Position numbers and translations under genes: made by a program. A stretch of 64,000 nucleotides of DNA, taken from assembly GCF_009914755.1 (NCBI RefSeq), contig NC_060934.1. One strand, given 5' to 3'. Source of the stretch: the human T2T-CHM13v2.0 reference genome, Homo sapiens. A model generated the notes under the pieces. That model was not told where the DNA came from, searched no databases, and saw nothing but the letters and a program-made list of their open reading frames with translations. Within the stretch, counting starts at the first letter, position 1, and every line of letters starts with the position of its first letter. This document shows positions 26,997-42,675 of this stretch, one piece after another.

Positions 26997-27589
26997 GTCT
27001 GTCTACTTTATCAGCAAGTCTACACACAGTTGTTCTCAAACGTATGGCTCACTTATGGGGCTCCTTGATGAATACCTAAAACTCCTGAGGATATAAACAT
27101 GTACAAACCCACAAGTCATACCAAAGTTTATCTATTAGATTCGAGTACTGCCAAGCTGCAGGTGATATCAAAGGTTTAGAAAGCATTAATGGGTTAAAAT
27201 TTTGCAGTAGAGAAAATTATACCTATTAACTGAATTTCTGGGGGGAAGCACTGGGAAAAGGGCACACTGCTGCATTTCAGTGGAGGAACATTTAACTGGG
27301 TCTGTGAATGCCTGGGCTAGGAACCTCTGTTCTCTAGCACGATGCGCTGTTGTAGGCAGATGTTGACACAAAGAGACCTGAATGAGAATCCTGGTGGATT
27401 CTCCCAGTTGACCCAGAGAATGCTGAGCACAAACTCGTAACACCAGCGGGTGTTAACTCCAAGGATTCCTACACACACCAGCTGCTGGAGGTCAGCCCTG
27501 AACCAGGGAGACTGTAGATTTACAGCTACAGCTTTAGCCGGGGTCTCACGAGCCTCAGCCACCTTACACAGCTAAGAGCCCTCCCGGTC

Positions 27590-27750
27590 CAGCTCCGTGT
27601 TCATTACCTGTGTGACCTTGGGACAGTTATTCAACCTCTTGGTCTGCATTTGGAAACTGGGAGGTAATAATAGTACTTAACGATTAAATGAGTTAGTTAT
27701 AAAGTTTTTAGAACAAAGCCTGGTGCATAAAAAGTAGTATGGAAGTGTTA
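27590..27750 (+). mobile_element. MIR
   Basis: tgtgtgaccttgggacagttattcaacctct...gtaataatagtac. Confidence 0.75.
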
Positions 27751-27823
27751 TCTATCTTTTGAACCTTTTCCATTTTTATTAAACCTCAAAACCCCCTCAT
27801 CACTCTCAATATTCATTCATAGA

Positions 27824-28171
<348 letters not shown>

Positions 28172-28319
28172 TCATATGCCTGGTACCATGAGCGGTGCTG
28201 ACTTTGCATCAGGGAGCAGAGACACCTGGTTCTTGTCCGTGTGCAAGTTATCCTACTTCAGGTGGAAAAGGGTGCCATGGGAGGGGAATGGCTTGACTTC
28301 CGGTAGCCCCATCTCCCAG

Positions 28320-28685
28320 TGATACAGTTTGAATATTTGTCCCCTCTAAACCTCATGTTGCAATGTGATCCCCAATGTTGGAGGTGGTGCTCGGTGGGAG
28401 GTGACTGGGTCATGGGGGTGGGTCCCTCATAAATGGCTTGGTGCCATAGGGAGAACTGCTTATGGAAAAGAGCCTTCCCCTCTCCTTCCTTGCCTCTCGC
28501 CAAGCCATGCCAGCTCCCTACTGCCTTCCAACATGAGTAGAAGCTTCCTGAGGGTCTCACCAGCGACAGATGCTGACACCATGCTTCTTGTACAGTCTGC
28601 AGAATTGCAAGCCAAATAAACCTCTTTTCCTTATGAATCACCCAGCCTCAGGTATTCCTCACAGCAACACAAATAGGCAAAGACA
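28320..28685 (+). mobile_element. MST-family (MSTB-like) MaLR solo LTR
   Basis: tgatacagtttgaatatttgtcccc...aataaacctctttt...cagcctcaggtattc...aagaca; 5-bp TSD cccag/ctcag. Confidence 0.85.
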
Positions 28686-28989
28686 CTCAGTGCTTGCACG
28701 GTGGATCCCCTTCTGAGAGTGGTCTCTCCAGTCACACTGCGACGCATCTTGTCGGGTTCTTGAGCATCCTCCCTCTCAGTCCAGGATCCTCAACCTCTCT
28801 CCCTCCACTAGCAGCTTCTCAACAGTGCTTAAATGTGCTGAAGTTTCTCTCATTAAAGCAACAAAAACAAAACACAAAACGCCCTCTCAATTGCAGAGAT
28901 GCACGGTCTGGCACCGCCTGGATCCTGGCTTGAACGTACACTTTGAGGGCAACTGGGGACACCTGATTATGCCACTCACTAGATATTTG

Positions 28990-29225
28990 GTGACAGGAAG
29001 GAATTTATTGGCAATTTTCTTAACCTGAGAAGTCCTTATGTTTCAGAGAAGCATATCAAAGTATTTACAGAGGAAATGTGTCTGTGATTTACTTTTGAAA
29101 CATTTCTGCAAAAATAAAATGATGCAAATGTGGTAAAATGTTAATAATTGTTCAATCTAAGTGATGGGTATATGCTACCAATTTTCTGTCTGCTTGAACA
29201 TTTTTACAATAAAAAGTAAAAAGAA
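28990..29225 (+). mobile_element. Old L1 (L1ME-like) 3' end
   Basis: gcaaatgtggtaaaatgttaataattgttcaatctaagtgatgggtatatg...aataaaaagt. Confidence 0.7.
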
Positions 29226-29239
29226 ACACAAACCCTTCT

Positions 29240-29885
29240 TTGACTCCATGTCTTTCTCCATCTCTGGTCTCTCTCCTGACTGGCTTCTTGGCAGAGCTGT
29301 CTACGCTTATTTTCTGTTGCTCTGTAACCCCCCATCCATTCTGCAGCTCATCCTGCTCTGGATTTTACTTTCCTTTCCCTTCAGAGCAACTGTTCCCCCT
29401 GAGATCTCAATGACCTTTGAGTGGTTAAATTTGACAGATGCTTCTCCGCCTTTCTCTCTCCTGAACCCCATGAGCAAACAGCGCTCTTGTCTGGGGCTTC
29501 CTCCCTCCCTTGGCTTCTGAGACGCTGTGTTCTCCTGGCAGTCCTCCTACTCCGTCCCATCTTTCCTGCTCTTTGGCCAATGCTTCCTCCTCTACATGCC
29601 CATTGTCAGGGCCCTGACCTAGATGTCCTCTCATCTTCTCTTCTTCACTGTGTACAGGCTACCTGATCCACACCGTTTGTTTACATTTCTATCTGCGTCT
29701 CGATAACCCCCAAACTTATGATTCTCAGTCCACAACCCTTTCTTTTGAGTTGCACATCCACATAGGATTCATCTAGTGTAATACAGCTTCCTGCCAAATG
29801 TAAGCTCCACGAAGGTGGCAAGCACTACCCTTAGCAGGACCTCATGTGTAAAAACCATTTCATATACAACTGTTGAATAAATGAA
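29240..29885 (+). mobile_element. L2 fragments
   Basis: Pyrimidine-rich L2-like body, 3' end tgttgaataaatgaat. Confidence 0.6.
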
Positions 29886-30512
29886 TCCAGCAAATAATTA
29901 AAAAAACCCAAGATGTTTCCTACAGATGCCTACTCTCTCTGCTCTCTTTATAATTAACACCATGACCCTTACCTCCAGGTGTTACAAATATGAAAATTCT
30001 AGATTTTGAAAGCAGAAAAAAAACCTGTCATTTATGATGAAAGGGAAGCCCCAGATTTTTCTCACGATGGCCATGACAAATGAAGAACTTTACACAATAA
30101 GTAGGAAAAAAGGCATATGTCGGGCATGAAAGGAGGAAAAGAGGGTACCACAAAATAACGGTTTAAGGATGTTAATCTTAAAAAAAAAACAAGGCAGTCA
30201 CATGGTTAACTTGGGGGAGAATTCGGAAATGGTCACAGTTTATCTGTTCTGGGACTATTACCGCACGTGTAAACTGTACCACGCAATGTATCCTCATTCT
30301 CCAGCATCACGGGAGAAACAGAACTTTGAGGAAAGGGGTGGAGCAGAATCGTAACCCTAGTGATATCAATCTGTCACTGAATAAGAGTAAAGAATCACAT
30401 CCGATGATTTATACAGAATTCACACTTAAAATTCTCTCAACTTCCCAAAGTTTGTATGCACTGATAAAGCTGATAAATGGTGTTCTCCACAGAATCACGT
30501 GCACAACAATTA

Positions 30513-31022
<510 letters not shown>

Positions 31023-31398
31023 TCATGACTCAAGCAGGGCCAAGATGCAGCCAAGGCCCCGAGGTGAGGGGTGGAGAGGGCAAAGGCAGGAAGGCGTGAG
31101 GGAGGGAGACTTCCAGGAGCACCTGATATGTGCCCCAAATGCTCTCAGAGACACGGGTTGTATCTTTAATGCATGACGGGGACTCCCAATTTCAAGGACT
31201 CTCCATAATTAATAATGCTGCAGTGTCTCTGTATTTATAAAGTGAGATTAGTGTAAACGTAAAACACCAAAAAAAATATTTCTATCTTATGTTGCTTCTA
31301 GGATCACAACTGTGAGCACATTTTTCTTCAAAACTTAAATATCATAGACAAATTAACAAAATAACTTGTAAGCGAATGCTTCAAAAACAGCAAGAAGA

Positions 31399-31537
31399 GG
31401 CTGGGCATAGTGGCTCATGCCTGCAGTCCCGGTAATTCGGGAGGCCAAGGCGGGCGGATTACTTGAGCCCAGGAGTTTGAGATCAACCTGGCCAACATGG
31501 CGAAACTCCATCTCAACAAAAAGAAAATAAAAGAAAG
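31399..31537 (+). mobile_element. Alu monomer (FLAM or left arm)
   Basis: Single arm with A-rich tail. Confidence 0.8.
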
Positions 31538-32526
31538 ACAGTGAGAAGAAGAGCATGTACTGGGGGTACCACAATGCCATGCTTTTAACAACCTATTATT
31601 TGAACCGGTCATTCTCTTCTTTGTAAGAGTTTAAAGCATCCTATCTATTACCCTTTTGTAAAACACTGTTGGCTCAACCACAAGACAATCTGAGGAACCT
31701 TTGCCTCCTCTCTTCCACATGTTTAACTTCCAGATTACAAGAATGCCAAAGTTACAATGCAGTCCCTTGGGGCCACTGTTTAGGAAAGGTGCATTTCTTT
31801 CACTTTCAACCACGGTCTACAAGATGTGGCTACAAGGCAATCCTTCCCCACTGGCAAAAGGACGTCATCAACACAGTTGTCCCTTTCTGCGATGGTAATG
31901 TCTCGCTTTACAGACTCGACAGGTGCAGTGCTCTAATGCGGCCCGGGAGGCTCCTTTGTAGAATGGATGAGTCTGCCAACTCCTGTCTGCAGACACTTTG
32001 AAGTCCCAAGGCAGATGAGGCTGCAAATGGACCAAACACTGAACAATGCTGGCCGTCCCGTGTGTGGCTCAGAAATTAAGAGCACACACCAGATAAGTGG
32101 GCTTATTCTCCTGTGAGAGCACAGGCAGCATGAACACAATACCGAAGAGTGTTCCTTTCAGCGGCTCCTTGAGTAGGGCTTTTCCCCTGAGGCATTCCTC
32201 CTGGTGGCACAATGCTCACCTGTCATTTCCACCTGTCTGACTCTGCAGGTCACCTGTATCTAAGCCCTCCGCTCACATCAAACAGCAGCTCTGCCTGGCA
32301 CCTGGAGCGGAGGCTTCTAGATGCCTGCGATGCAGCCATGACATTGAGCTTCCATCTGAATAGGTGCTGAAAATCTACTCTCAAACTTCATAAAAGTGAA
32401 CCTGATTATCACCAATTCTTCTTATACTTGCTATATGTAGCTAAGTCAATCACACTTATTCTTTGGGGTCAGCTTTCCTATTCTCAGTGTTAAATTCACT
32501 GCATTGCATTTTAAAATGTTATTTTT

Positions 32527-32612
32527 GCCCAGTTACTTGGGAGGCTGAGGCAGGAGGGTTGCTTTAGCCCAGGAGTTTGAGATCAGCCAGGGCAACACAG
32601 GGAGATCCTATC

Positions 32613-32645
<33 letters not shown>
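32527..32645 (+). mobile_element. Alu monomer fragment with long poly-A
   Basis: cccagttacttgggaggctgagg...tctct(A)n. Confidence 0.8.
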
Positions 32646-32647
<2 letters not shown>

Positions 32648-32883
32648 AAAATATTACTTTTATTAAGTACCGTTCACTTCTGCACTGTCATAGCTGGGCA
32701 CCTCTTGCTCTTGTCACTTCCCTTCATTACTTACCACATAATAGCTTCCGTTAATTCTAAGAGTGCTGTCAGAAACTTTCCTATTTTTGCTGGCTTTTTA
32801 AATTTTTCTCATCTGTAACATGCATTTCCAACACTAACAGTTTTCACTTTTTTCTGTCTTTTTTTAAAAAACAATCTGCTTAC

Positions 32884-33172
32884 AGCTGGGCATGGTGGCT
32901 CATGCCTGTAATCCCAGCACTGGGAGGTTGAGGCAGGAGGATCGCTTGAGTCCAGGAGTTTGAGACCAGCCTAGGCAACATGAGAAGACCCCATCTCTAC
33001 AAAAAAAAATAAAAGAAATGAGCCAGGTGTGGTGGCGCATGCCTGTATTCCCAGCTACTTGGGAGGCTGAGGCAGTAGGATCACTTGAGGCTGCAGTGAG
33101 CTGTGTTTGCGCCACTGTACTCCAGCCTGGGTTACAGACCAAGACCCTGTCTCAAAAAAGAAAAAAAAAAAA
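32884..33172 (+). mobile_element. AluJ-like
   Basis: Dimer with small internal deletions. Confidence 0.88.
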
Positions 33173-33736
33173 GTCTACTTATAAATGATGTCGTCAACAA
33201 AGGTAAAGTTTCTCCCTTCCTAATTCTCCCTCAGAACTTTTTCCTCTACTACTGTGGGCTTGTTAGAAATGTAATGCAATGATAAATTAGAGTCATGGAA
33301 TTAGGCTTTCAAAAACATAAAACGTAACAGCCACCAGACCTAGGTTTCCTTTGCCCTTAGGCACTCACCGAGAATAATAAGGGTTATGAAGCCCTGATTT
33401 GTTGCTATTCTCATGGAGAATGAAATGCCATTAAGAGATTCACAGCTGACTGAAGGTTGAAGCAGAAAGGGTTCTAAGTGATGTACTGCAATAGATAAAT
33501 ATTTATATCTCCGCACGATAGTGTGAACCTGGGCTCCGGCTTTCAGGAATTGCTGTTATTATCATGTTTCACTCATTTTTTAAAAAAGCTTGAAGTGACA
33601 ATTTAATATAGCATCAAATTAGTACTTCAATGTAAAGTCTTGTTTCATTTAATGTTTTTGAAAGGTTAAATTATCGGTAATCCTTACTGTGCCATGGGCT
33701 ATGTTTAGAGATTATTCCTACAATATACTTCACATG

Positions 33737-33797
33737 AAAGAAAAGGAAAGGGAAAGGAAGGGAAGGAAAAGGAAGGGAAAGGAAGGGAAGAAAGAAG
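33737..33797. repeat. Polypurine (GGAAA/GGAAG)n tract
   Basis: aaagaaaaggaaagggaaaggaagggaaggaaaaggaagggaaaggaagggaagaaagaag. Confidence 0.85.
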
Positions 33798-34818
33798 CCT
33801 GAAATTATGGATTGCTCTGGTGTACAATGACCAAATAAATAAATAAATGATACAACTTCCTTTGAGTGGATGTCTTGGTATGTTTGGGGATAATGATCTG
33901 TAAATGTCAGTTAATATAATTTGATTTCAAATCGTCTTGAAGTAAAAAAAAAAAAAAAAAAAAGTAAGGATGACTACATTTAAGCAAATATAACAAATAT
34001 AACAAAACAAATGAAACTTTACTGCTTTTCTTAATTAAGCTTGATAAAAATCAAGCTTAAAAGGAACAAGCATTCTTCTGTAGTGTTTACACAAATTCTT
34101 ATTACTGAGATATGCAGAAATGCCTAAGTACATACACGGATGTGCCTCATTCAATTTGTGACACACCATAGTAAGGACTCATAAACAACATCATCATTAA
34201 AAATGAAGTAACTTTGTAAAAAATACAATAAAGTGCTTTATCATATGTACAGATGCCACTTGTTACAAAAAGCACAGAATGGCTGCTCCACGTATGACCG
34301 CTGGCAGGGAGCTTTGACAAGCCCAAGGCCTCCTGGAAAGCCCCATCCCAGATAGAAAGCTTAGCTGGTATAAAGGCAGGAAGGTTCCAGAATGGCCCCT
34401 GTACCCCACACACAATGGGGAGCTGGGGCCTGAGTAGCCTATGCCTGGGGCTGGGGGGGAGCTGAACATTTGGGCAGGTGCACCGGAGAGCAGGTGTGCC
34501 CAGGGAGCATGTGAGGAGCTGGGATCCAAGCCAAGGTGTTGGAGGTGCTAGACAGAGCCTGTCAGGAGCACAGGGGTACACGGACACTGAGGACATTAGC
34601 ATGGTGGGGGAGTGGGCCCAGGGGCTCCCACTCCTAGCAAAACCCTTGAAGGGTGCTGACAGGGTCCAGGGCTGGGAATCCCCACCCTCCTCTTTTGCAG
34701 AAACAAAACTCTCAGAAAAAGAGCTTCCGTAAATTAGGGTCAGAGGCCTTCCCAAACATTGCAGAGGTGAAGATGAAGCTAAGAGTTCAGTAAGACTCTC
34801 AGACACTAAGGAAAGCAA

Positions 34819-35130
34819 GTGTAGCCACAGAGATGGGACGCCCAGATTCCCTCCAGGGAAGGTCATGCTGCCCAGCTGAGGGTGTGCGGTCTGCAGAAGG
34901 CCTGCAGGGGCAGCTCCTTCTAGGTCTGCCTTCCGAGGGCAGCCTGTCATTTTGGCCCAACATAGGAGCCTCTAGGGGCATGTTCCATAGTGCCCCGCCA
35001 GGTTAGCTGAGGCTTGACTGGGCCAGCATGGCAGTCTGACTTCTCCCTCTGCCCAATCTCACTTCTTTCCTCTTCCCTACATAAGCTTTGATCCTGATCA
35101 ACATCTTGACCCCAAACTGTGTCATCATCT
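34819..35130 (+). mobile_element. LTR16-family (ERVL) LTR
   Basis: gtagccacagagatgggacgcccagattccct...ttggcccaac...gacttctccctctgcccaatc. Confidence 0.7.
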
Positions 35131-35219
35131 GGTTGGGCAAGTCACTGTGTGTGAGAGTTGGCAGACCATGACAACAAATTCAGGCCCCCAGGAATTACAG
35201 AGGTGGGAACTCTCAGGAG

Positions 35220-35540
35220 TAAGTTTTGAATAGTTACGTACAAAACGTGTAAAGAAACAAAGGATGCAATTTCAGAGATGAGCATAAATCAAGAAACTAT
35301 CAGGAATGAACGGTCAGATTTTGAAAAATCTTCTGGAAAACTTCTAGAATAAAAAAGATAATTGTTGAAATTAAAAAAAAAAGATTAGAACAGTTGAAGA
35401 GACACTTAGGACTGGATGATATATTTTGAAGAATTCACCCAGAATTGGGCAGAGATGTTTGGAGATGGAAAATGGAAAAGAAAAGTTAAAGATGGGGAAG
35501 CCAGGATGAGCACGTTAAAGATGTACTTGCTGGAGAAACA
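35220..35540 (+). mobile_element. Old L1 fragment (ORF1-region-like)
   Basis: A-rich L1M-like sequence (cttctagaataaaaaagataattgttgaaattaaaa, gaagaattcacccagaat). Confidence 0.55.
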
Positions 35541-36658
35541 GAAGGAGAGAGGTGAGGCTGAAAGAGAAAAGGACTGCGGAACTTCCAGACCCTGGAGAAG
35601 AAGTACTGCAGGAAAAGCTTGCTGGGGAGTGTGCCGGGCAGCTCCCCATGAAACTAGGAGGAAATGGCTGAGGACATTGGGAACAGAGGGCTACAAATGA
35701 CGCCATCGGCAAGCTTCGGGGCACTCATTGGGCCACAGGAACTCCCAAGATGACAAATACCTTCCCCTGTTTCTAAGAGAGAAGCAAGACGTGTCCGCAG
35801 TTTACAATGGCAGCAGAGGGTCTACTGGGAGCTTGTGTTTAGTCTCATAATCTGATACTTACACAGGACTGAGAATATCCAAGTACTTTCCAAATTTTAA
35901 TTGATCACTCCTCCGGAAAAATGAACAAAAGGGCCCAAGAGCAGATTCAGAACTGAGTGCTCAGAATGTTCTGTTGTTCCAGAACACAGGAGCTGCCCTG
36001 TCACTCACCGGGGGCACATGAGCATCACCTGGGGGCCTGGTAGAAAGGCGGCCTCCACAGACTCCCCGACAGCCCCTCCAGACCCAGCCAGTCAGAGCCC
36101 TGATGAAAGTCTAAGAAGCACTGACACAATGTGGAACCTTTTCTCTTTTGGTGCTATAACCCTCTCCACTCTTTTTTGTATTTAGCTTTTATGGTCCCTA
36201 TTTTCTCAGTTTTGCTCTACCGAAGTCTCATCCTTTGAATAGTAACACCAACGTCCCTAACCTTCGGGAAAGGATAAGCAGATGTACTATGAGGAGATTT
36301 CAAAGAAGTCACATGTTTGCCCTAAAATCCTTGAAATTTGAGGTGCTGATTAGCTTATTTAACAGGGAGTTCAGATTTTGGGGCAAAACTTCTGGATTCA
36401 ACTAAAGATATTAATTGTTTCCCTAAATAAAAGGATAAGAAAGGAATTTAAGTCGTTTTTTATCAATTTTACCCATTTATCGATTCAGTCACTTTGAAAT
36501 AAAAAAGTAAATTAAAATGCTGCATTTCAAAAGCTATTAAAATACTCAATAATATTTTCATAAGGTATTTCTTGATCACCTATATTGCAGCTTCCCTCGG
36601 GTTACATTCTAAGTCCTATACAACTTCAGGGAAGTATGTTACCAACAGTGCCTCTCAA

Positions 36659-36943
36659 TTTTTTTTTTTTTTTTGAGACAGAATCTCACCCAGGCTGGAG
36701 TGCAGTGATGCCATCTTGGCTCCCTGCAACTTCTGCCTCCTGAGTTCAAGGGATTCTCATGCCTTAGCCTCCTGAGCAGCTGGGACTACAGGCATACACC
36801 CCCAGCTAATTTTTTGTAGTTTTAGTAGAGACCGGATTTCACTGTGTTGGCTAGGCTGGTCTTGAACTCCTGGCCTCAAGTGATCCGTCCACCTCGGCCT
36901 CCCAAAGCACTGGGGTTACAGGCATGAGCCACTGTGTCCAGTC
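36659..36943 (-). mobile_element. Alu (S/J-like)
   Basis: Poly-T followed by reverse Alu. Confidence 0.9.
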
Positions 36944-37448
36944 AATACTTTTCAATTTTAATTCAAGTTGAAGCTACATGATACCAAAGCTCCCAATGAA
37001 TTCACGTCAGTGCGGGGAAAAAAAAATTCAGTCGATTTAAGATAAAAAGATATTCAAGTAGGCAAATAGGTTTTTTACCATTTTTTCCTTTTTGAATGTT
37101 CTAACATTGTTTAGTTAATCAACTGATAATCATCATTTATAGGATCCGAGTTTCTTACAGCCTAACAGAAATGTGAAAAGGATATTTATAGCGAAACATT
37201 ATTTTCCCAACTACAAGAGAAAATCAAATGAAGTAAACAAAATTTATGAAAGTTTGCTGTGCTTAATATGAATTCTCCATTGGTCTGAGAGATGATGCTC
37301 TCCTTTCTTTGCACAGAGTGAAAGCTAGGGTAGAATTTGGGCAGGAAATAAAGAATAGAGCAAGATACTGGAACTTGGGGGAAAAATCTAACTCCTCACG
37401 GCTGAAGTCTTCATAATTCTGCATCAGTGCCACAGTCTACCAGAAACC

Positions 37449-37462
37449 AGGCCCCCTAGTGG
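37449..37462 (-). promoter_or_regulatory. Candidate CTCF site CCACTAGGGGGCCT
   Basis: 12/14 match to core with the central CCACTAGGGGGC intact; binding not shown. Confidence 0.55.
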
Positions 37463-37550
37463 ATTAAAAGAGTTAAGGACTGAATGCCACATGAGAATGA
37501 TTTCAACACTGAGGTGTAGGAAATTAAATACAAGAACGATATTTAATTAA

Positions 37551-38105
<555 letters not shown>

Positions 38106-40948
38106 TCCCAGATTGCTGGGAAGGTCAGTGTGTCAGAAAATTAAACCTAGGAAGAATTTATTCAAATATTCAAATAACTAGCCATGTTCTACTTCTCCAG
38201 AGGCTGGCCTTGGGCAATTTTAACCCTCCAGAATATAATTCCAACTGTGGCTGCATTTCCTTAAAACAAAAAACAACAAAGGAAAAGAAAAAAAAAAGGG
38301 CTGTTGGGTAACCAAAGTTGTCAGAAAGTCCATGCAATTCACTCCACGGGAGAAACCCTCTATGAGAGCCTCTCATCAACTGATATGCACCTGAACGATC
38401 TGCATTACTTGTCTAGATTCGGAAGGTTCAGAAGCCCAGAGAGTTCCAAGGCAAAAGCAACAACAAGCAAGAAGAAACAGAAGAAATGATGATCACTACT
38501 GAAGCTAGAGAGAGAAAGTTTCTTAGATACAAACCCTAAAAGTACTCTAGGCCCACAGAAAGTAGGAATGAAGGCCTGACATATACCTCAAATACCTCTG
38601 AGCATCTCAAACCACAGGGATAGAAACACAAAGCTTGACAGGCCTCCCTGGGTTTACCAATGACAGGCCTGTGTCTGGTCACACAGAATCACATGAGGAC
38701 ATGCCAGGCTGAGCCCACCACCCAGTAATATTCATCAAAATCTCGTCTGGAAGTGGCATACAAGAAGAACAGCCTGAAGAACATTCAAACAGAAGCCAGA
38801 ATGGGAGAGGGCTAGGCAGCCGGTGTGCATTATAGCCTTTCTCTGTAGAACAGCATTTACTAAATGTAAACTACACACTGGTGTGGCCTTTGCTAATTGC
38901 TGCGGGTGTGATGTTTGACTCGGCGGACTGCATCTTCCTTCATGAACACCTGCCAACCTGAGCAGGGTCCCAGACCTGCCCTCAGTGAGCCTAGCAGGGG
39001 TCACCCCGAATAGATCAGTATCAAATAAGCTGTGTGAATGTTGAGACCTTTTATGAGGTTTCTGTGGAATTCTCTGATCATGTAATTAACACTGTTACTC
39101 TTCACTGCTGCTGTATTTTTAAAAACCTCTTCTATGTGAGATTTTGCTGAGATGTATATGAGTGGCATGTCCACCTTTAATGGTCAACGTTTGTGTCACC
39201 TATACATTTCCTTGTTCTTAATTTGCTTTTGTTTAAATGTAATTTAAAAATGGACAAATTAGCAAAACGGTGCTGCAACTGTGGCTGTATTTATACATGG
39301 CCTATACTGATAATTAGCAGCCTATACGGACAATTTTTTTTTAAGTTCTCTAACATTCTTGTATGTTTCTCAGCTTGTGGCAAGGATGTTGTTTTATCAG
39401 GTCAGATGTCCCTGTGTCCGCTCTGTGGGGAACTCCTTAGAGTCAACCCTGTTGCATCTTAGTACCAAGACCACTTACATTTCTCCTTGGCAACAGACTC
39501 AAAGTATCAAGCATGCTGGTCATCTTGGCATGAATATCTACGCTCATTCCAGGCTCCATTTTGTGCCTTTATCTTTCTGCCTCTTCCTTTTCTTTTTTTC
39601 ATTTATTCTAGCTTGTATTTCCAACTTCTTTGAAGGCCACCTTAAATCCTTTCTGGAATAAGGTCAAGAGTGAATACATGAATAAATGAATGAATGAATG
39701 AAATGCAGGTGCAGAAGCTGAGTTCAGAGATCATCCAAGAGGCAGTTCCTAACAGGTTAGGATCTATGTCTCCTGACTTCTACTTAGTGCCCTTTAAATA
39801 ATTTATATTAATAATGTGATTCCCAATCATTAAGACCCTACAAATTATATTTAAAATATTCTGTTTATAAAAAGAAAAAGTATAGATGTTGGATAAAGGA
39901 GACTTTTCTGAATAAAGAACTCACCAATAAGATAACAATTTTGTAGCAGTGGAACAGAAGGAAGTCTTTATACTGTTAAAGCCCCTGGGAGGTGTCAATA
40001 GACTTATTTTGATCCCACACTTATTTTATGTAACACTGGGGATATGTCAAATCCCTATGTTAGGTTACAAGAACTAACCCAGAGAAAACATTTCAAATCG
40101 TGATTTTTGTAAAGTCAAAGGATGCTAAACTCAAAGTTGTCATCAAGAAGTTGGTACTTCAATTCTGTGTCACATTTTATTAGCATGGTATCATGGCCAT
40201 TTTTTAGAACAATATGCTCTCATCAGTCATGAGATATCACTTCGCTTTGAATGTTCTGAGACAACTGAAAGAAAGTATAAAGAGAATGCATAAGTATGAT
40301 ATCAATTTCCAGAGGGGAAAAAATGAAAAAGTAGACAGTTTAAAAGGTGAAGAGTTCAAAGCTGCAACCTGTAATTCAATTCATTCAGATAACAGAGCCT
40401 CATGTCTTCCCCCTCACAGGTAGCATCCTGGCACTTTAAAATTTCCTGTAGAATAAGAGGCAGTAGCATAAGCAGTGTAGAACAAATTTCAAAAGGAATA
40501 GATATTATAAAAGATTTATTAGATATTAAATGAATTTAGAGGCTAATGATTTTAGAAAACAAACTAGAGGCAGTACCAAGTTTCAAGAAACAGAATATAG
40601 CTCAAAGATTTTTATAGACTTCACTGCAAGCAAAATGCAATTGATCATATTTGCAAAGATTGGAAGAATAAGCAACTGCCAAGAAAGAATCCATGATATT
40701 AGAGCATCATGCATGAACATAAAGTAATGCTTTTAAAGGGATGTTTAAACAGACATCTAGGAGCTCACAAGTCCAGGCCAGTGCTGCCTTCGAAGCAGAT
40801 ACTTAGTAAGTGTGATTGTTTATACTCGAGAATCCTTTTATTAATATATTCAGGACCTGCGGCACTTTATTTTGAATACCCATTGTGACAGCCAATTTTT
40901 ACCTTTGGGGGATTGGGAGCTATTTAAGTTAAAAACACCGTGTGACTC

Positions 40949-41310
40949 TGCTATGAATGGAAAGTTTGTGTCCCCCAAAATGCTTACGTTGAAACCCTAA
41001 TCCCCAAGTGATGGTATTAGGAGGTGGGACCTTTGAGAGCTAATTAGGTCATGAGCTTAGAGCCCTCATTATGTGATCAGTGCCCTTATTAGAAGTGACA
41101 GAAGAGTGCTTTTGATCCTATCCCACCCACCATGACCCTGCCAACACACGTGAGGCTACAGTGAGAAGCTGGCTGTCTGCAAACCAGGAAGAACCTGACC
41201 ATACTGGCACCTTGATCTCAGACTTCAACCTCTAGAACTGTAAGAAATAGATTTCTGTCATTTAAGCTACCCAGTCTACGGTTTTTTATGACAGCTCAAG
41301 CTGACTAAGG
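40949..41310 (+). mobile_element. MLT1A-family MaLR solo LTR
   Basis: tgctatg...gtttgtgtccccc...ggcaccttgatctcagacttcaacctctagaactgtaagaaata...gactaag. Confidence 0.82.
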
Positions 41311-41621
41311 TCCTAAAAGCAACAATGTGTGTATGTGTTTTAAACACCAGTTGTGAAGATGATTCCTGGGATGTTGCAACAGCAGACATGTTCATACCAT
41401 ATGACTACAATTTCTCCAAGTGACTTAGTTGTTACGTTATTTTTATACCATGGATGTTATCTTGATAATAGCGATGCTATGGCCACCACCACACATTGAG
41501 TATCTAGTGTGTGACAGACACTGTGCTAAGCACTTGACATGCAATTTCCTATTTAATCTTTAGAATCCATATTAGGTGTTATTATTATCCCGACTGTATA
41601 AACAAAGAAACTGTGGCTTCA

Positions 41622-42032
<411 letters not shown>

Positions 42033-42675
42033 TCACAGCGCGGGCTGGGCCTTGGGAACATGTGCTCTACCAGAGAAGCTTGTGCTGGAATTTACTCCAG
42101 GAGAGACAGATTGCTGCTCCCAAGGATGGTCTACTTTACCTCCAGTGATTACAATGGAATTATGCTCGGGGATGAAAAGGGGGCAAGAAGCAGACCAACA
42201 CCCACCTTCTAAAATCAGAGAGCTTGCTCCGTAGCAGATTGTGAATGGCGTGGGCCCTGCTGGGGCCAGGACAGAAGAACCAGTGACAGCAAAATAGGAT
42301 TCGGAGGTGTAAATAGATACATACTCAGAGGTCAACACCTAATCTCTGGCACAGGCAAAAACTTCTGCAAAGTTGCCAAATCTTAAGCTGAATGATTTTA
42401 AAATCAGAGTAGTGATAACTGAAACTATTACACAAGAGTATTTAGGTTAAAAGTGTTATACAAATAATGAATGACCTTTATAGCACAAGCATGCCTAAAG
42501 GTTAACTGCCAGGAATCTGGCCACTGTAATTTTAGAACACAGGGTTAGAGGAGATGTTTATGTGAAATGTGTTCTTCTTGTTCTCTAACTATATATTTAA
42601 ATCTCTGGCCTTGGTGAGAAATCGCTACGCATGTTAATCTTCTTGGAGTTTCAAATAAAGATCAAGAAAAATTAC

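Noticed and set aside
34147-34950. 267-aa minus-strand ORF, the longest in the window
   Set aside because: Begins in an LTR16-like relic, has S/L/P-rich composition typical of spurious GC-rich frames and no homology I recognise.
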